In this document: positions 1 through 12,953 of the stretch, in pieces | Layout of the letters: each line of letters begins with the position of its first letter | How positions within the stretch are numbered: position 1 is the stretch's first letter | Assembly (NCBI RefSeq): GCF_963921235.1 | Contig: NC_086118.1 | Span: 21,950,001 to 22,014,000, forward strand | Reading direction: 5' to 3' | Source: Mobula hypostoma | Lineage: Eukaryota | DNA length: 64,000 nucleotides | Position numbers and translations under genes: made by a program | The notes under the pieces: generated by a model | What the model was told of the DNA's origin: nothing | The model's input: only the letters and a program-made list of their open reading frames with translations | The model's database searches: none

Positions 1-19
1 AAAGCAGAATGTACCAGTG

Positions 20-578
20 TCCAACCATATTAAATCCTATTCCCAATCCTGTTCTGGCATGTCGGTCCATGTCTTCATCCTCTGCCACAATGAACCAACT
101 CTCAAGGTGGGGGAGCAAAATGTCTAGGTAGCCTCCAACTCAATGGCATGAATATCCATTTCGCCTCTGGTAATTTATTTTCTTCTTTTTCTTTTCTTTT
201 ATTCTTTCCCCTCCCCTTCTCTCTTCTCTGTTTCCCACTCTGGCCTCTTAACTCTTCTCTTCACCTGCTTATCATCTCCTTCCTTCTCCTCTTTCTCCCA
301 TAGTCTGCTCTGTTCTCCTGTCAGATTCCTTCTTCTCCAGACTTTTACCTTTCCCACCCAACTGGCTTCACCTATCACCTTCTAGTTTTGACCTCCCTCC
401 CCTCCCCTACCTTTTTATTCTGGCGTTTTCCCCTTTTCTTTCCAATCCTGATGAAGGGTCTCAGCTCAAAACATGGACAGTTTATTCATTCCCATAGATC
501 TGCAAGACTTGCTGAGTTCTTCCAGCATTTTGTGTGGTTGCTCTGGATTTCCAGCATCTGCAGATTCATTTGTGTTCA
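20..578 (+). mobile_element. Penelope-like element 3' fragment (decayed GIY-YIG C-terminus, pyrimidine-rich UTR, pLTR with degenerate hammerhead)
   Basis: 20-173 aligns by eye to the 3' end of the GIY-YIG ORF at 11105-11489 (CTAGGTAGCCTCCAAC...GGCATGAATATC). The pLTR motif CCTGATGAAGGGTCTCAGCTCAAAACATGGAC starts at ~447 and is followed by the TTTCCAGCATCTGCAGA end shared with other copies. Confidence 0.85.
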
Positions 579-3500
579 TAAGCATATTTTCTGGGGAAAA
601 ATAGAAGTCTATTCACAGATCACATTTAATTGTTCCAACTTAGAATTTTGGATTTAATAGTTTTTCTGACCAAAGAAACAATATCACAGAGTGTGAATTC
701 CATCAGGCATTTAACCCGCTGAAGTAGACTAAAGCACCTTTATTCAAAACATTATGTTGGCTTTCTGCTTTCAATAGCAGCAACAATGCCAATAAAAAAA
801 TGCAAGTACATCCAAGATTTTTACTGCACTTGCTTGATGAAGTTTCCTGTAAAGTGGATCCAGATTTTCTTTGAGAGAATCCAAGTGAATAGCTAATCTG
901 TTAGCACGTGACCATCATGTTGAACACTGTGGTGGTTGAGGGAGTTGAAGAAGGGATGGGTGCAGGGGTCATGAAAAATCCAATTGTCGTCACCAAAACA
1001 AACACAAAACAAAGGTCCCATTTGGAACAGCTGTAAGACATTGCTTAAGAATCTGTCAAAAATAAAACTGAAAGTATGTTCCCACTACATTTTCCTTTGC
1101 CCTCCTATATTCCCCCAGATCGTCTGGAAATTCATGTTGGAACTGATGTGGGAGTTAGGCTGGATTATCCTGAAATGGGAGGATTGGATCAGGCTGGAGT
1201 TCCTAAACTGAAGACTGCTCATCACCTTGGCTAGCCACTAATACCTTTGCAAACCTCATGCAACAGTGCTGGTGAACTAGGCTGAGGAGATATTAGATTC
1301 CAATCACGCCGATTTGACATATAATTTAACTCCAGGATCTTTAAGAAAGTGGTTGTGTTATTGTGCAATTTAAAGGAAAACCATCAAACCAGAAGATACC
1401 TGCTTCTGTTGTTTCAATGACCATTGTATCTCCATATAAATATTAGGATTTTCTGCTGCTCAAGGCTCTTCTTTCTCATTGGATCATTTTCCAATGTCTG
1501 AAGAGGGAAAAATGAAGCAGGAAGTAATAACTAGTTATTAGATGCTTCCTCGTTTTGCACATTTTATACTTGAGAAAATCATTTTTTATTTCCATTGAAG
1601 TGTTCACGGAAGTAGAAAAAAGAAACCTATCCATAGACATTTGCTTCAACAATTTCCTTACATTCTATAATTAGCACATACATTTTCTAAATCTCTGAGC
1701 AACATGGCCTCCAGTAAATCTTTTACCCAGGCACTATCATTCACACAGCATCAACCAATTCCCTTATGGCTGCAAAAGCATAGACCCACATTCGTCAGTG
1801 GTGCTAAAGCGTATTAATTTATGGTCTTGGCTACAAAATGGAGGCAGAGCAGGAAGGGATAATCAAGCTCAGACTAGGAATTTATCAGGACTTTAAAAAA
1901 AGCATGTTGGGTTCTGTTTTAGGAGTTATACCATTTCCAGAATAGCTGCAGATGTGTCGTGCCCAGTATCCAATAGTTTGACTGCACCTATATACTGTAC
2001 TTCAGATGATGTTTCCTCATGGATGAACAGTGAACTTGGTTTATGAAAAGTCTCCACCAAAGCTGAAGCAAATATTTTCTGAGAATGAGTCCGGCTTCAG
2101 AAATGTACTGAACACCAACTAAGTGTCCCTGAATGTTGAGGTTAAACACCTTTTTTAAATTAGCAAAAAAATTTCAGAATAAAGCTGGCTTCAGTTTTGT
2201 TTGGATTAATGTTCATTTAGATCTGGAAGGCTGGGGGGAAGAGAAGAGTGGGAGATTGATTAATACTGAACAAATAACTGCATTTATCGAAAAACCGACT
2301 GAGAATGATATCTTGTTTCTGTTGGATATTCTAAACAGAGGGCCATTTGTTTTGCTCTACACGTATCCTAATTCAATATATTTCAGGACCTCCACTCCCT
2401 CCGGTTCAAGGGACTCCCCTCTACTTTGAAACAGAGTAGTCTGACAAATGTTAACCCTGCAATTTAGAACAATATCATCTGCAATGTATTTATGATAGAT
2501 CTGATAGGCCAATAAAAATTACGGGCTAGTTTCTCATTGAGTAAATTAGTGAATTGACTCCAGTTCTAATTGCTAACAGACTATCAACATGATACCAAGC
2601 TAGAGGTGAGGAATATGAGTTCTGCTATGGAACTCTCCACTAAAACAAGAACTTCAGCTGGAAGATCAGGAATATTATTTTGGAATCCTAAAATTAAACT
2701 TGCAATTTTCCAATGTAATTCAGTCTTGGTGTTGCATAAACAAGATTGATTCAAGACTCTGTTGAAATAAAACTGAGTATTATAGCTGACAGGGGCATCT
2801 GTGCTTTTAAAAGACTGCTAAGTTAATAGTTGCGTGAAGAAGCTTTACTTCCAAACATAACTTCAGTGTATTAAAAGGAAATACATTGCTGCATTTACTT
2901 TTCATTCACTTTTGAGATAAGTGTAGTTTTATTGCAAATAGTGTACTTATAAAACCATGTTATAAAATACCTACCAAACTGCTGAAAGTGTTCTATAGCA
3001 TTCATTATCCTGTCTGAGTGGAATGTTTTTTTTTAGCAGCTCTAGTGCACTGGGGTGACTGCAGCCTGTTTAGTATCTTAACTGAAGTCAGTTTCCAGGC
3101 ATATTTTCGCACTGAGAATCCATGAGGCAAAGTCAAAGACTATTTGGTCTGATCTGAGTAGCTTTCTCTTGTTGCAAAGCTCCAAAGAGGTTTCAGAAAC
3201 TCCTATTGCACTTCACCCAATTTGGAAAATGTAGACTGCAGCCGGCTCAAACAGCCAGCAGCGAGGCCTTTGTCTTGCAGCAAAATCTTTGGTGAAATAC
3301 GAGGATCACTTGTTTGGAGGAGAACAAGATTGCCAGAGAGAAGAATTGACAACTGACACAGATGGGGCAATGTTAGGCTAATTGTTAAAACTGTCACATC
3401 TCTGAATGTTTTTGAAACATTTAAAAGATATGAAAAGTGATTAGTTGTTTCGGTACTTAGAAAGGACTGGGAAAGTTCTTAAAACATCAATGAGTTTAAC

Positions 3501-3829
3501 TAATCTTGGTCTTGCTGCCGTTCTCCTCCATTGAAATCAATGGGCAAGCCCTCCTATGCCATTTCTTACCAGGCGCAAACTGATCACTTTGAACCCCTGA
3601 CTTGGGGATGGGGAGCAGGCTCCGCGTCACGCCTCTTGGATTCCATCAGCAACTCAATATTAGAATGCATCCGTGAAACAAACCACTAATAGCTGATAGT
3701 AGCTTTAGGATTTGTACACTCACACAAAAGCTCCTAAATCTAGGCCGGGAAGTTCTGGGACAAGTGCCATTATTTTCACATAAAACTGAGGCTAATGCTT
3801 AAGTGAGAGCTTTTATTATGTAGGTCTGG

Positions 3830-3955
3830 ATCATACTCATCTCTTAATCTGAGGTTGTGGTTTCATTGCATTTCAAGACTTAAATTGCAAAATCTAGGCT
3901 GATTCCTGTGTGCAGAACAGAAGCAGTATCTGTATTGCAATGCTGCAGATTCCAT
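3830..3955 (+). mobile_element. Highly degenerate head of a Deu-domain (SacSINE1-like) SINE
   Basis: GAGGTTGTGGTTTCA...AGACTT...AAAATCTAGGCTGA...GTGCAG resembles my recollection of the shark DeuSINE head. Very diverged. Confidence 0.4.
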
Positions 3956-4329
3956 TCCAAGGACAATGGTCAAGATGCTGTACTGGTTGCTTGCTCTTTG
4001 GTGTTAAGGATGTTGATGATAATAGTCAAGTGGAGTGAGTTTAAAAATCTTGTTTACTTGATCAAAAACAGGTCAATTGTATCAGGGCTGCTTAGGTAAT
4101 CTGGAATTGTCCAAGATGGCTGCTGTGTTTAGCTTTTCAGAACCCTTTACCTCAGAGCAAAATATGTGGCTCTTTGAGGTGTTATTAGGTGGTCTCTTAA
4201 GGTGCTGCAAAACATTTCTTCATCTGAGTTGGGTTTTAAAGAAACACCGGACTGGAATTAAAGCAGTTGGCAAGTTGTGCGAGGAAATAGTGAATAGTCT
4301 GAAAATACAATAACTTGAATGAACGCTAG

Positions 4330-4800
4330 TAAAATAGAAAAGGAACGAGCTCCTCAGCTCCTCAAGCTTTCCCTGTCATTAATTATGATCTTGTTTGACC
4401 CTGTCTCTATCTCTTCTTCTGTGCCAAAGAACCCAATTGCCTGATTTTTTTTCAAAATGTATCTGTTTTCACTTTAAATACTGCCAGTGATTCAGCTTCC
4501 ACAAGGAGGGTACAGAATTCCAGATATTCGCTATCCTTGTGAGAATTTGTTCCTATGCATGTCAGTTTCAATTGCCTGCTATCTAATCTTGAAACCGTAT
4601 CCTTTTTGCTGAAAATCCTCTAATAGGTAGGAATATCTGAAGACATTCCTTGCCTTGTTCCACCCCCACAATCTTGTTTAAATAAGATCATCCCTCAGTC
4701 TTCTAAACTCCAAAAAAAAATCCAATGTCTTAGCTACTCATGGCAGGATGACCGGTTTTCAGTGAGAATCTCTTTTGGCCTGCCTCTAATGCCGGTATAT
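4330..4800 (-). mobile_element. Ancient CR1 LINE 3' end, heavily decayed
   Basis: Colinear by eye with the younger CR1 3' end at 29936-30514 (e.g. CAGAATTCCAGATATTC, AGATCATCCCTCAGTCTTCTAAACTCC). Confidence 0.55.
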
Positions 4801-5105
4801 TGAAGGTTCACTGGTTGCAGTGTCAGTTTTGAGGGTAAATGTGATATCTTGCACAGGCATTTCTTACATAACCAGCAGACTAGTGGCAATAATGTGGAGA
4901 ACTAGCTTGCCATTCTTTACAGAAGCAATCTGAACCTAAATCCAATTAAACCTTAAGGGTGGACAGTATGTTCTAGTATGTTCTGTCAGTTCAGGATCCA
5001 CATAATGATGTGAAAATTCTACCTCACCACATTTCAGAGCTTGGGATTTGGTTCACTTCCACCTAAATTATGACAGAACTAGAAACTGCTCACTTTTACT
5101 GGAGT

Positions 5106-5400
5106 TCATAGAACATAGAACAGTACATGACGGGCACTTCAGCCCACAATGTTGTGTCATCCTTATAACCTACTCTAATATCAATATATCCATTCTCTAA
5201 TACATAATCCTCCATTTTTCTATCATCCTTGCATCTATCTAAGAGTTTCTTAAATACCCCTATTATATCTGCCTCTACCACCACCCTTGGTAGAGCATTC
5301 CACGCACCCACCACTCTCTGTGAAAATAACTTACTTTTGACACACACCCCCATTCATTTTTCCAATCACCTTAAAATGATCTCCCCTTATATTAGCCCTT
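5106..5400 (-). mobile_element. CR1 LINE 3' fragment
   Basis: ORF 5096-5353 has the CR1 ORF2 C-terminal motif FSQRVVGAWNALPRVVVEA...FKKLLD. Tail is (TTCTATG)n. Confidence 0.9.
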
Positions 5401-5440
5401 TCAAATAGCATACAAAGCTAGATTTGTTCCAACCATAAGA

Positions 5441-6460
5441 ATTTCTGGTCAAGATGGCACCAGCGAATGATGCTCCCTCAGTCTTCCAGATAACCCACAA
5501 AAATGTCTTTTTCATTTCTTTTACATCTGATTTTCACCTTAAATGTGTTTCTGCAACTGTTAGAATCTGTAATTTACAGTTTGGAGATTTTTTGAGGGTC
5601 AGCGCTTTGCTGTCGCCTGGAAGGTTCTGGGAAGTGAGTGCATACTCGGATTGACCTCGATGCGAAGAAACTTTGACCTGGGATACGAGCCAGTGTTTGA
5701 CTCTGTTTCACTGCCTAAAGTGTCCATGAATTGCCAATTAAAACATCGAGGAAGTTTGAGTCATCGAGGTGAGAGTCTCAGGGCTGACTGGCTTCCTTTA
5801 GATCATTGCCAGAGAAGGAGTCTGTGAGCGGTCTATCGCTGTGTGGCTCGCTGTAGCAGGCGGGTAGGCCTCTCTGCCTTGCGTGGTAACCCACCCTTTC
5901 AATGAATATCTGTGATATCGTAGGGTGGTCCTGTGTTTATGGTCTGGACTTTTTCAGTCTTATGGTTTTTATATTCTGTTTTCTTATCGCCTGTTCCTTT
6001 TCTGTTTCGTTAACATAGAAGCATAGAAAACCTACAGCACAATACAGGCCCTTCAGCCCACAATGCTGGGCCAAACATGTACATACTTTAGAAATTACCT
6101 AGGGTTACCCGTAGCCCTCTATTTTTCTAAGCTCCATGTACCTATCCAAGAGTCTCTTAAAAGAATTAAGTTGTGCAAGGGGAGAGTGTTTGGGGGTTGA
6201 TGGTCTGTAGTGCTCTGTTACTTTTTGAGCAGGGGAGGGTTTGTTTTTTTGGGGGCCGATTTTCCTGTTCATTATGCATGTGGGGCGATTTTGGGGAGAG
6301 TTGATGATCACAATGCTGTTCTTTTGTATGTGGGGGGTTGGTTTTGATGTTTCTCTCTGAATGACTTTCATGCTCTCTCTTTGTTTCGTGGCTATCTGGA
6401 GAAATACAAATTTCAGACTTGTGTATGGATACATGCTTTGATAATAAATGAATCTTTGAA
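5441..6460 (+). mobile_element. Non-coding non-autonomous retroelement with an AAGATGGC head and a Rex/Babar-type 3' tail; interrupted by a CR1 fragment
   Basis: Head ATTTCTGGTCAAGATGGCAC matches the minus-strand head at 16891. Tail CATGCTTTGATAATAAATGAATCTTTGAA resembles the tails of the coding Rex fragments at 17638 and 54021. No RT-like ORF. Confidence 0.65.
6012..6164 (-). mobile_element. CR1 extreme 3' fragment, same subfamily as 12954-16149
   Basis: Closely matches 12954-13105 (CATAGAAAACCTACAGCACAATACAGGCCCTTCAGCCCACAATGCTG). Confidence 0.9.
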
Positions 6461-6714
6461 TACTAAGGATGACTATAATTGGTTGGAAAGTGCTTTGGGG
6501 TGTTCTGAAAGGAAGATGAAAAATGCTATGTTAATGCAAGTTTTTCTTTTCTTTTTGTTGTAATTCTCCAATGAGCCATGAGAAATATTGGGGATATCAG
6601 TGTGTATATTTGAGAATTTAGTTTCATTTTTGTACATTTTGAGTACTCTGTAACTGCAAAATATGGGTATAGGGTTGGCACCAAATTTCTTTCCTCAGGT
6701 CAGATGTGTTCTTC

Positions 6715-7800
6715 GATAAGGGCAGGTCAGAGGCTGGGTATCCTACAGCAAGTGTCTCATCTCCTGATTCCCTTATGCCTTTCTAACATTACAAGGTACC
6801 ATGAACAACATGATAGAATATCTTTCACTTGTATTGATGAGTGCAGTGACTGTCAAGGAGTTTGTCACCATCCAGAGCAAAGCAGTTTGCTTAAGTGGTA
6901 TCTCACCCAATATCCCTAAACCACAGAAACAGCAGAATGTATAACCCTGTCAGGACGCTGGAGCAGGGATCCAATCGCAGACACAGTGCTGTGCACACAG
7001 TGATATTAATTGAGTAACAAATCCGGAGGTGCAAACAAAGTCGGCGTCAAAGTTCAGGCAGAGATCAAAACATCCAGAGAAATCGAAAAACCGGAATCGG
7101 GAAACAGGCAGAGTCGATATTCAAACAAACAGAGTACAGATACAAATGCTGGAAAGGCTCAGGAAAACTCACTGGCACAATCTGGCAACAAACAGGTGAA
7201 AACACAGGACTGAAATACACCGGGCAATAAACAGAGAGGCGGATGATAGGTGGAGCACAATGAGACAGAAGCGGCAGCAAAACAGGTAATAATGAGAAAC
7301 AGGTGAGAGACGGAGTACTCAGTAATACCGGGGCCGGAGTAGAGCAGGATCGGGGACAGGAGCACGTGAGGCATGAAAACAAACAAGAACACATGGCAAT
7401 ACAAAACCACAGATTGGTGGCTAGGGGGAAAACACACAAAAAGACAAAGTTCAACTGGAGGTACTGACAGACCCTCAAAATGAATTATGCTTTCTTCCCA
7501 GCAGCACATCCCAAGCCCATGACCTCTACTAAAGAAAGGGATAAAGGCAACATGTGCATATTAACATCTTCATCTACAGATTCCTTTCCAATTCCACACA
7601 CCATTCTGACTTGGAAGTGTATCACTGGTCCTTCATTGTCTCTGGGTCTAAACCCTGGAACGATCTGCCCAGCAACACTGTGCGAGTATCTTCATCAGGA
7701 AGAAAGCAACTGTTGAAGAAGGTGCCTTCATTCAAGAAGAACACTGTCTTCTCCATTCATGAGGGACAAAATGTGCTGATCTCATGTAATGACTTCATAT
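6715..7800 (+). mobile_element. Ancient L2/CR1-group LINE 3' remnant, split by a solo LTR
   Basis: ORF 6704-6919 contains RAGQRLGIL..VSHLL, and ORF 7554-7814 contains SGSKPWNDLPSN. Both are typical post-RT LINE motifs. A related copy is on the minus strand at ~49410-49730. Confidence 0.55.
6948..7469 (-). mobile_element. Solo LTR (Gypsy-type), 522 bp
   Basis: Termini TGTCAG...CTGACA. 5-bp TSD AACCC (6943-47) / GACCC (7470-74). Strand assigned from a 3'-end motif (GTGTCTGCGATTGGATCC) shared with the LTR at 54122. Confidence 0.85.
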
Positions 7801-7885
7801 TGAACTACCTTTGATCATATTACAGTATAATTGATCATTTGATAAAGTCACCACGTTAACCTAATTTAAGTTAATGGAGAGGAAA

Positions 7886-8379
7886 AATTCTGAAGTAAAT
7901 TTATTATCAAAGTATGTATACATTATAAACCTTGAGATTTGCCTCCTAACAGCAGGCAGTAAAACAAAGAAACCCAAAAGAACCCATAAAAAATCTGTTA
8001 AACACCCTAATGTGCAGAGAAAAGAAAAAAAAAAAAATCATGCAAAGAATAACTACAAGCAAATAACGTTCTGAACTGAAGTCCACAAACGGAGTCCGAG
8101 TGAGGTCCATGGTTCAGTGAAGAGCTGAGTAAATGTCACAGAGTAGTGAGCTGACCCGGCCTTGCCTTGCCTCGGGTCCCACCATTCCGTCTTTTTTGAT
8201 CTCAGCTGGTGCCCAAATCACCATCCAAACATTGGGTTCTGTTGCTTCGATTCACCTTGGCCCCCGGACCCCTCTGCCTCGATTCGATGTCTGGCATTTA
8301 AATTGACTGAACTTCGGGTCTTCTTCCCTCTCATCAATGGGGCCACTGCCTTGCCTTGCCTCTGTTCTGCCACATCGGA
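7886..8379 (-). mobile_element. 3' half of an AAGATGGC-headed, Rex-tailed non-autonomous element (5' half at 16614-16891)
   Basis: Minus-strand tail CATACTTTGATAATAAATTTACTTCAGAA. Ends at the TSD GCCACATCGGA of the CR1 that interrupts it. Confidence 0.7.
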
Positions 8380-10800
8380 TTAGAACATTAGAAAGTTTTT
8401 GACAAGAACAGGCCATTTGGCTCAACAAAGCTTGCCAAATTCCTATTCACATAGTGTGTTGAAATAACTATAGAATTTAGATTTGGAAGTCTGTAAGGTA
8501 CTACTCTCAGCTACACAACTGGGTAGTTGGTAGTTCGTTCCATGTGACCATAACTTGCTGTGTGAAGAATTGCTTCCTGATGTTAGTCTGAAATCTTTTA
8601 ACCAGTCTCCACCTATGGCCCCATGTCTTGATGATGGATTAACTTTGAAGTAGCAGCTGGCATCCACTTTACTTATATCCTTAATGATTTTGAACACTTC
8701 TTTCATGTCTCCTCATTCTATGTCTACTTAAGCTAAAAAGATTTAATTCCTTCAATCTTTCTTCATGGCTCATACCCTGCAGACCTGAATTGAGTCTAAT
8801 CACCCTTCTCTGGACTTTCCCCAGTGCCTTCACATCCCTCACAAAATATGGAGATGAAAATTGCACGTGGTATTCAAGGTGTGGCCTCACAAGTGCATTA
8901 TACAGCTTAAGGAGTTCTTGACTTGAACTCCACTGAGTGCGTTATATAGCCCAACATTCTATTAGCCTTCTTAATCACTTCTGTGCATTGTCTAGATGTC
9001 GATAGTAATGAGTGTGCAGGACACCCAAATCCTTCTCACACAGTGCACCTTCTAACTCAAAACCCCAGTGTTGCATATAGGAAGTAGAAATATTAGATTT
9101 AAATACTGTATATCTGCCATTTATCTGCCCACATCTGGATTTTGTTTAGATTAGATTAACTGTATTGATTCTGCTGCCTGAATGTTATCAGCCTGCACCC
9201 CCCACCCAATTTTGTGTCATCAGCAAACTTTACTAGTTTATTTATCATGTGCTTATCCAAACCATTAATGTAAATTGAAAACAGCAGTGGCCCCAAAGCT
9301 TATCCCTGCGGAACCCCACTTTTAACATCTTTTAGGTGTGAAAATAACCCTCTCACCATGACTCATTTTCTGTTTTTGAGATAATTCAGCACCCATTTGC
9401 ACACCTCCTGTAATTTGATTATTCGCCTCTCATGGGCTATCTTGTCAAAAGCCTCTGAAAGTCCAAGTAAGTGATATCAACTGCTCTATTGTTATCATAA
9501 ATTTTAGTTTCCTCTTCATAGAACTCCAGCATGTTAGTAAAACATGATTTCCCCTTTCTGAACCCATGCTGGCTTTCTGCTAACAGGCTTGTTCTTATTA
9601 GTTGCATTAACATCTCAGTTTTTGTTATTGTTTCCATCATCTTGCCTTTGATACACATTAAGCTTACTGATCTAGAGTTAGCAGGGATAGTACTGTCATC
9701 CTTTTTATATACTTGGACAACATTAGCCCATTTCCAGTCCTTAGGGATTTCACCAGTCTTCACGGACTTTTGAAAAATACATGTTAGAGGTTTGTATATA
9801 TAATCACAGACCTCTTTAAGTAGCCTTTGATAAATGTTGGCTGGCCCTGGAGATTTATTAACTTTCAGCCTCTTCAGCTGAAGCAGGACTTCACTTTCTT
9901 AGATCTCCAAGTCACTTAAACCAACCTTATTTTTCTCTACACTTACTGGCATTTTGCTAACATCTTCGCTGGTGAATACTTAAGCAAAATATGAGTTCAG
10001 AGTATCTGCTATGTCCTTCTCTGCATAACTTAACACGAGATTATTATTCCTAATACACTTAACTTACCCCTTGACTTTTCTTTTACCTCTAAAGTATCGG
10101 AAAAAATCCCTTAGGGCCAATCTTAGCATCATCAGCAACATCCTTCTCAACCTTCCTTTTGGAAATCTGGATTTCCCTCTTGACTATAGCTCTTATATTT
10201 TCATATGCCCTGTGGTTAACATCATTACAATTTCTTCTGTGTTCGTTATATAGCTGTCTTTTCTTCAATGCTTTTTATGCATATGTTTCTTCATCCATGC
10301 AGTTGATCTATTGTTTTTTAATGCTTCTTCCAACCTTGGGTATGAACATTTCCTGCACTCAGTGTATTACCTCTTTAATCGAACGCATTGTTCCTCACTT
10401 GACTCAACGTCAAGTAGTTACTTCTAGTTTACCTCCTGAGGTCTTTGCCACATCTGCACAAACTTTGCCTTTCTGAAATTCAATTCATATTCAGTTTTTT
10501 AGTGACGTACTTTCCCAAAAAAACCTTGAGACTAACAATGTTATTTATAATGATTTTTTCTTGAAGGCTCAACAACTTCCTTACTCAAAATTCTGTTCTG
10601 AAGTTAAAGAATATCAAATCTAGTCAGGCCTCTTCTCTTGTTGGTGCATTAACATACAGAGTCAAAAAAACAATCGTTCAATAACTCAGTGAATTCACTT
10701 TCCCATAATCCATTAGCCACTGGGTTCTCCCACTCAATATTTGGGAAATTTAAGTCACCCATAAGTATAACGTAACCCTCAGAGCTTGTTTTTTTTTTAA

Positions 10801-11491
10801 GCAACCCTTTCAGTACGCTGGATGAACTCAACAGGTCGGGCAGCATTAGTTAGAAACGATGAGTCGACGTTTTGGGCTGGAACCCTTCGTCAGGACTGAA
10901 GAATGAAAGCTGGGGAAGGATTTGAAGAATGCTTGTAGCTTCAATTGAAAGACCAGTAATCAGAAAGACAAAGGGGTGGGGGAGGGGAAGCATTGACGTC
11001 ATAGCCCTGAAAACAATGGGTAGTAGAAGAAGGAGGCGGAACCATGAGGGGGCTGGGGGAGGGGGTAGAGTGAAATAGGGATAGAGGAAGGGAAGGGGAG
11101 GGAATTACTGGAAGTTGGAGAATTCTATGTTCATACCAAGGGGCTGGAGACTACCTAGACGGTATATGAGGTGTTGCTCCTCCAACCTGAGTTTAGCCTC
11201 ATCATGGCAGTAGAGGAGGCCATGTATGGACATATCTGAATGGGAATGGGAAGCAGAGTTGAAGTGGGCGGCTACTGGGAGATCCTGTCTGTTGTGGTGG
11301 ATGGAGTGGAGGTGCTCGACGAAGTGGTCCCCTAATCTGCGTCGGGTTTCATTGATGTAGAGGAGGCCACACCGGGAGCACCGGATGCAATCGATGACCT
11401 CAACAGACTCGCAAGTGAAGTGTTGTCTCACTTGGAAGGACTGTTTGGGGCCTTGAATGGTTGCAAGAGATGAGGTGTAGGGACAGGTTAA
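10801..11491 (-). mobile_element. 5'-truncated Penelope-like element inserted in the CR1-A endonuclease region
   Basis: TSD G(T)9-10AA at 10788-10800 / 11492-11503. GIY-YIG ORF, then a pLTR with a hammerhead-like core (10862-10897: AGTC-CTGACGA-A-GGGTTCCAGCCC-AAAAC-GTC-GACT; G12 mutated). Confidence 0.92.
11105..11489 (-). pseudogene. Penelope GIY-YIG endonuclease domain (open frame, but the GIY/YIG motifs are altered)
   Basis: QHFTCESVEVIDCIRCSRCGLLYINETRRRLGDHFVEHL...VAAHFN...EEQHLIYRLGSLQPLGMN matches the layout of PLE GIY-YIG domains. Confidence 0.88.
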
Positions 11492-12953
11492 GTTTTTTTT
11501 TAATATCCTGATAGAGTTGTTCAATAAAATCACTATCAGCATGGGGGGTGGGGTCTATAAGATACACCCATTGTTATTCATTTATCCTTATAGCTTTCAA
11601 TTCTCACCCAGATTTCTTCACTAAGTCTCAATTCATCTCTTACCATAAGCAGTCTCATATTTAAATTTTCTCTTATGCATATGACCACTCATCCAGCTTT
11701 ATGATCTTGCCAGTCTTTCCAAAGTAAATTATATCCTTTAATACTATATTCATCACCATCCTTTGAGGTCAGCCAGATTTCAGTTATTGCTATTATATCA
11801 TGCTTACATGCACTTGCATATAATTCCGGCTGGTTTAGTTTATTCTCAATACCTCTTGCATTTACACAGGCCATGCTTAGTCTATTACTGATGTTTTTCA
11901 TCCTATTCAGACCCATTTTTATATTTTTGAAGCCTATAATCGCTTTATGTCCTAATATAGTATTCTCCACTAAGGTGTTCAAAGATTTGAGCCTGGCCTG
12001 TTCTAAGTTCCCTGAACCCCTGCCCCCCCCTCCATTCCCTGGTGTAAACGGTCCTCAGCTAACTGAAGCATACGCCTGCCCAGTACATTGGTGCCCCTAT
12101 GGTTCGAATGCAACCGGTCCTGGCAGTACAGATTCCACCTGCCCCAAAAGGCACCCCAATGTCCCATAAACCTATGTCGTCTAACCTACATCATGATTTG
12201 AGCCACGTGTTAAAATCTTCTAATTTCCTCCAGCTTACCTGGACTGGCGTGTGGCACAGGCAGAACTTTCAAGAAGACCACTTTGTCAGTTATGCCCTAA
12301 ACTTTCCAGCTAACTCTTTAAAATTGTCTTGCAGATCTGAATGCCTGCCCTTTCCTATGTCATTTGTTCCAATGTGGGCAATGACTACTGGATCCACCCC
12401 AGCTCTGGTCAGGAGCTTATCTGCACATCCAGGGAGGTCTCTTACTTATGCTCCTGGTAGATAACACATCGTATGAGTCTCCTTGTCAGAATACACATTA
12501 TTCTCAACTCCACTGATAATTGAGTCCTCTACTATCACTACTTCCTTTTTATGGGGTTTAAGTTCAGGATTAGAGAGCGTCCTGTTGGGCCCCTCTGTCC
12601 TGCCTACCACCTCAGAACTTTCACGGTCATTGTCGAGCATTGCTAGATGTTCAAAATGGTTAGACACTTCCATCTCTGGGGTTGATTCTCCTGGACAGTG
12701 TGAGCCTCTTACCCTGTGTTTCCTTCCTATGGTTACCCACTAGTCTCTTTCTTTCTGGTCTGGAGTATTAAACTGTGGCTCTCTTATGGTGCACACTGTC
12801 TCCCTAAAGGACATCTGGCAGTTCTCCACAACATCGCAGGTCAGCTACCTCCTCTTCAAGTTCAGCCACCTTGTTTCATATGGTGTTGGATTACCTGGAA
12901 TTTCTCAGATATGAACTCTCCAGGGGAGCAAGTTTCCATGAATCCGAATGTAA

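Noticed and set aside
3525..3545. Palindrome CCATTGAAATCAATGG (a related motif may lie near 58050)
   Set aside because: It may belong to an ancient DNA-transposon-derived repeat, but I cannot define ends or support a call.
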